Assembly: GCF_000497125.1 (NCBI RefSeq)
Contig: NC_090602.1
Coordinates: 1-64,000 of the forward strand
DNA length: 64,000 nucleotides
From: Spironucleus salmonicida
Taxonomy: Eukaryota
Reading direction: 5' to 3'
The notes beneath the pieces were generated by a model. The model was not told the origin of the DNA. It searched no databases and worked only from the letters and a program-made list of their open reading frames with translations. This document shows, in pieces, positions 63,545 to 64,000 of this stretch; the stretch's first letter is position 1, and every line of letters starts with the position of its first letter. Both the position numbers and the translations under genes were made by a program.

Positions 63545-64000
63545 ATGTTTAGGAAATTAATAAACAAAATTTCATTTCCAGCAGATGTTCCATAGCAGAA
63601 CTACATCAAATTATATCCTGATTATGTATAGTAACATGAAATCAAAATTAGTAACGCTAAGAGGAGTATTTATTCAGCTTTTGTCCCGTGTAAAACTAAG
63701 ACATAGAAACTCATTATATATGCACATGGTAATGCTGAAACAATTTATCACACCATACCATTGATGGAAGAATATACAGAGAAGTTTTAATGTAATTTTG
63801 TTACATTTGATTATGAAGGGTGCGGTTTGTCTGATGGTAAACCATCAGAATAAGCTTTAATTAGAGCCTCAGAACTAGTCTTTTCTAAATATAGCAATGA
63901 CTATTAAATTATAGTATGGGGAAGATCGATAGGATCAATACCAGCTGCATATTTAGGCAAAAAATACTAGTTAAGGACTATTATTTAGTCTGGGTTAGCA
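63545..64000 (+). CDS. ABHD17/ABHD13-type alpha/beta hydrolase (partial, runs off the window)
   Basis: IIYAHGNAE, FDYEGCGLSDGKPSE and WGRSIGS. Confidence 0.88.

Noticed and set aside
1-64000. rRNA, tRNA or spliceosomal introns
   Set aside because: No rRNA-like segment or tRNA cloverleaf was recognised by eye, and all modelled genes are continuous ORFs. A covariance-model search would be needed to exclude small RNAs.

Overview
Left end of a eukaryotic chromosome from a hexamitine diplomonad, most consistent with Spironucleus. TAA/TAG are read as Gln and only TGA stops (translation table 6), so the supplied standard-code ORF track is fragmented. All genes below were re-translated by hand under code 6. 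The window opens with about 2.29 kb of (TACC)n = (TAGG)n telomere. The subtelomere holds a 1696-aa P-loop NTPase-like gene, a mosaic A-B-B-B-C-A-B-C repeat block, degenerate AT-rich DNA and a 1925-aa cysteine-rich membrane protein. From about 22 kb the DNA is densely packed with intron-less genes: a Ser/Thr kinase, PKA, RPL18, Raptor, a Rap/TSC2-type GAP, DRC3, RidA, the PP2A A subunit, AlaX, a TEY MAPK, Chibby-like, Hikeshi, a PPP phosphatase, a stand-alone Yvh1 zinc domain, a centrin-like protein, TTLL1-like, LCAT-like and ABHD17-like. The stand-out is a 556-aa telomerase reverse transcriptase-like gene (39015-40685) that is absent from the ORF track. It is very small, has a collapsed T motif, and its catalytic motif C reads YVDN instead of YVDD. 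It lies about 37 kb from a 4-nt telomere repeat whose variants include GG-step expansions. Further signals are CpA/TpA-biased divergence in the subtelomeric repeats, recurrent GC-rich islands with a C-to-G skew flip, a WRKY-type zinc finger without WRKYGQK, and a dual-acylation-motif RidA. Family calls come from recalled motifs, not database searches, and coordinates are hand-counted.
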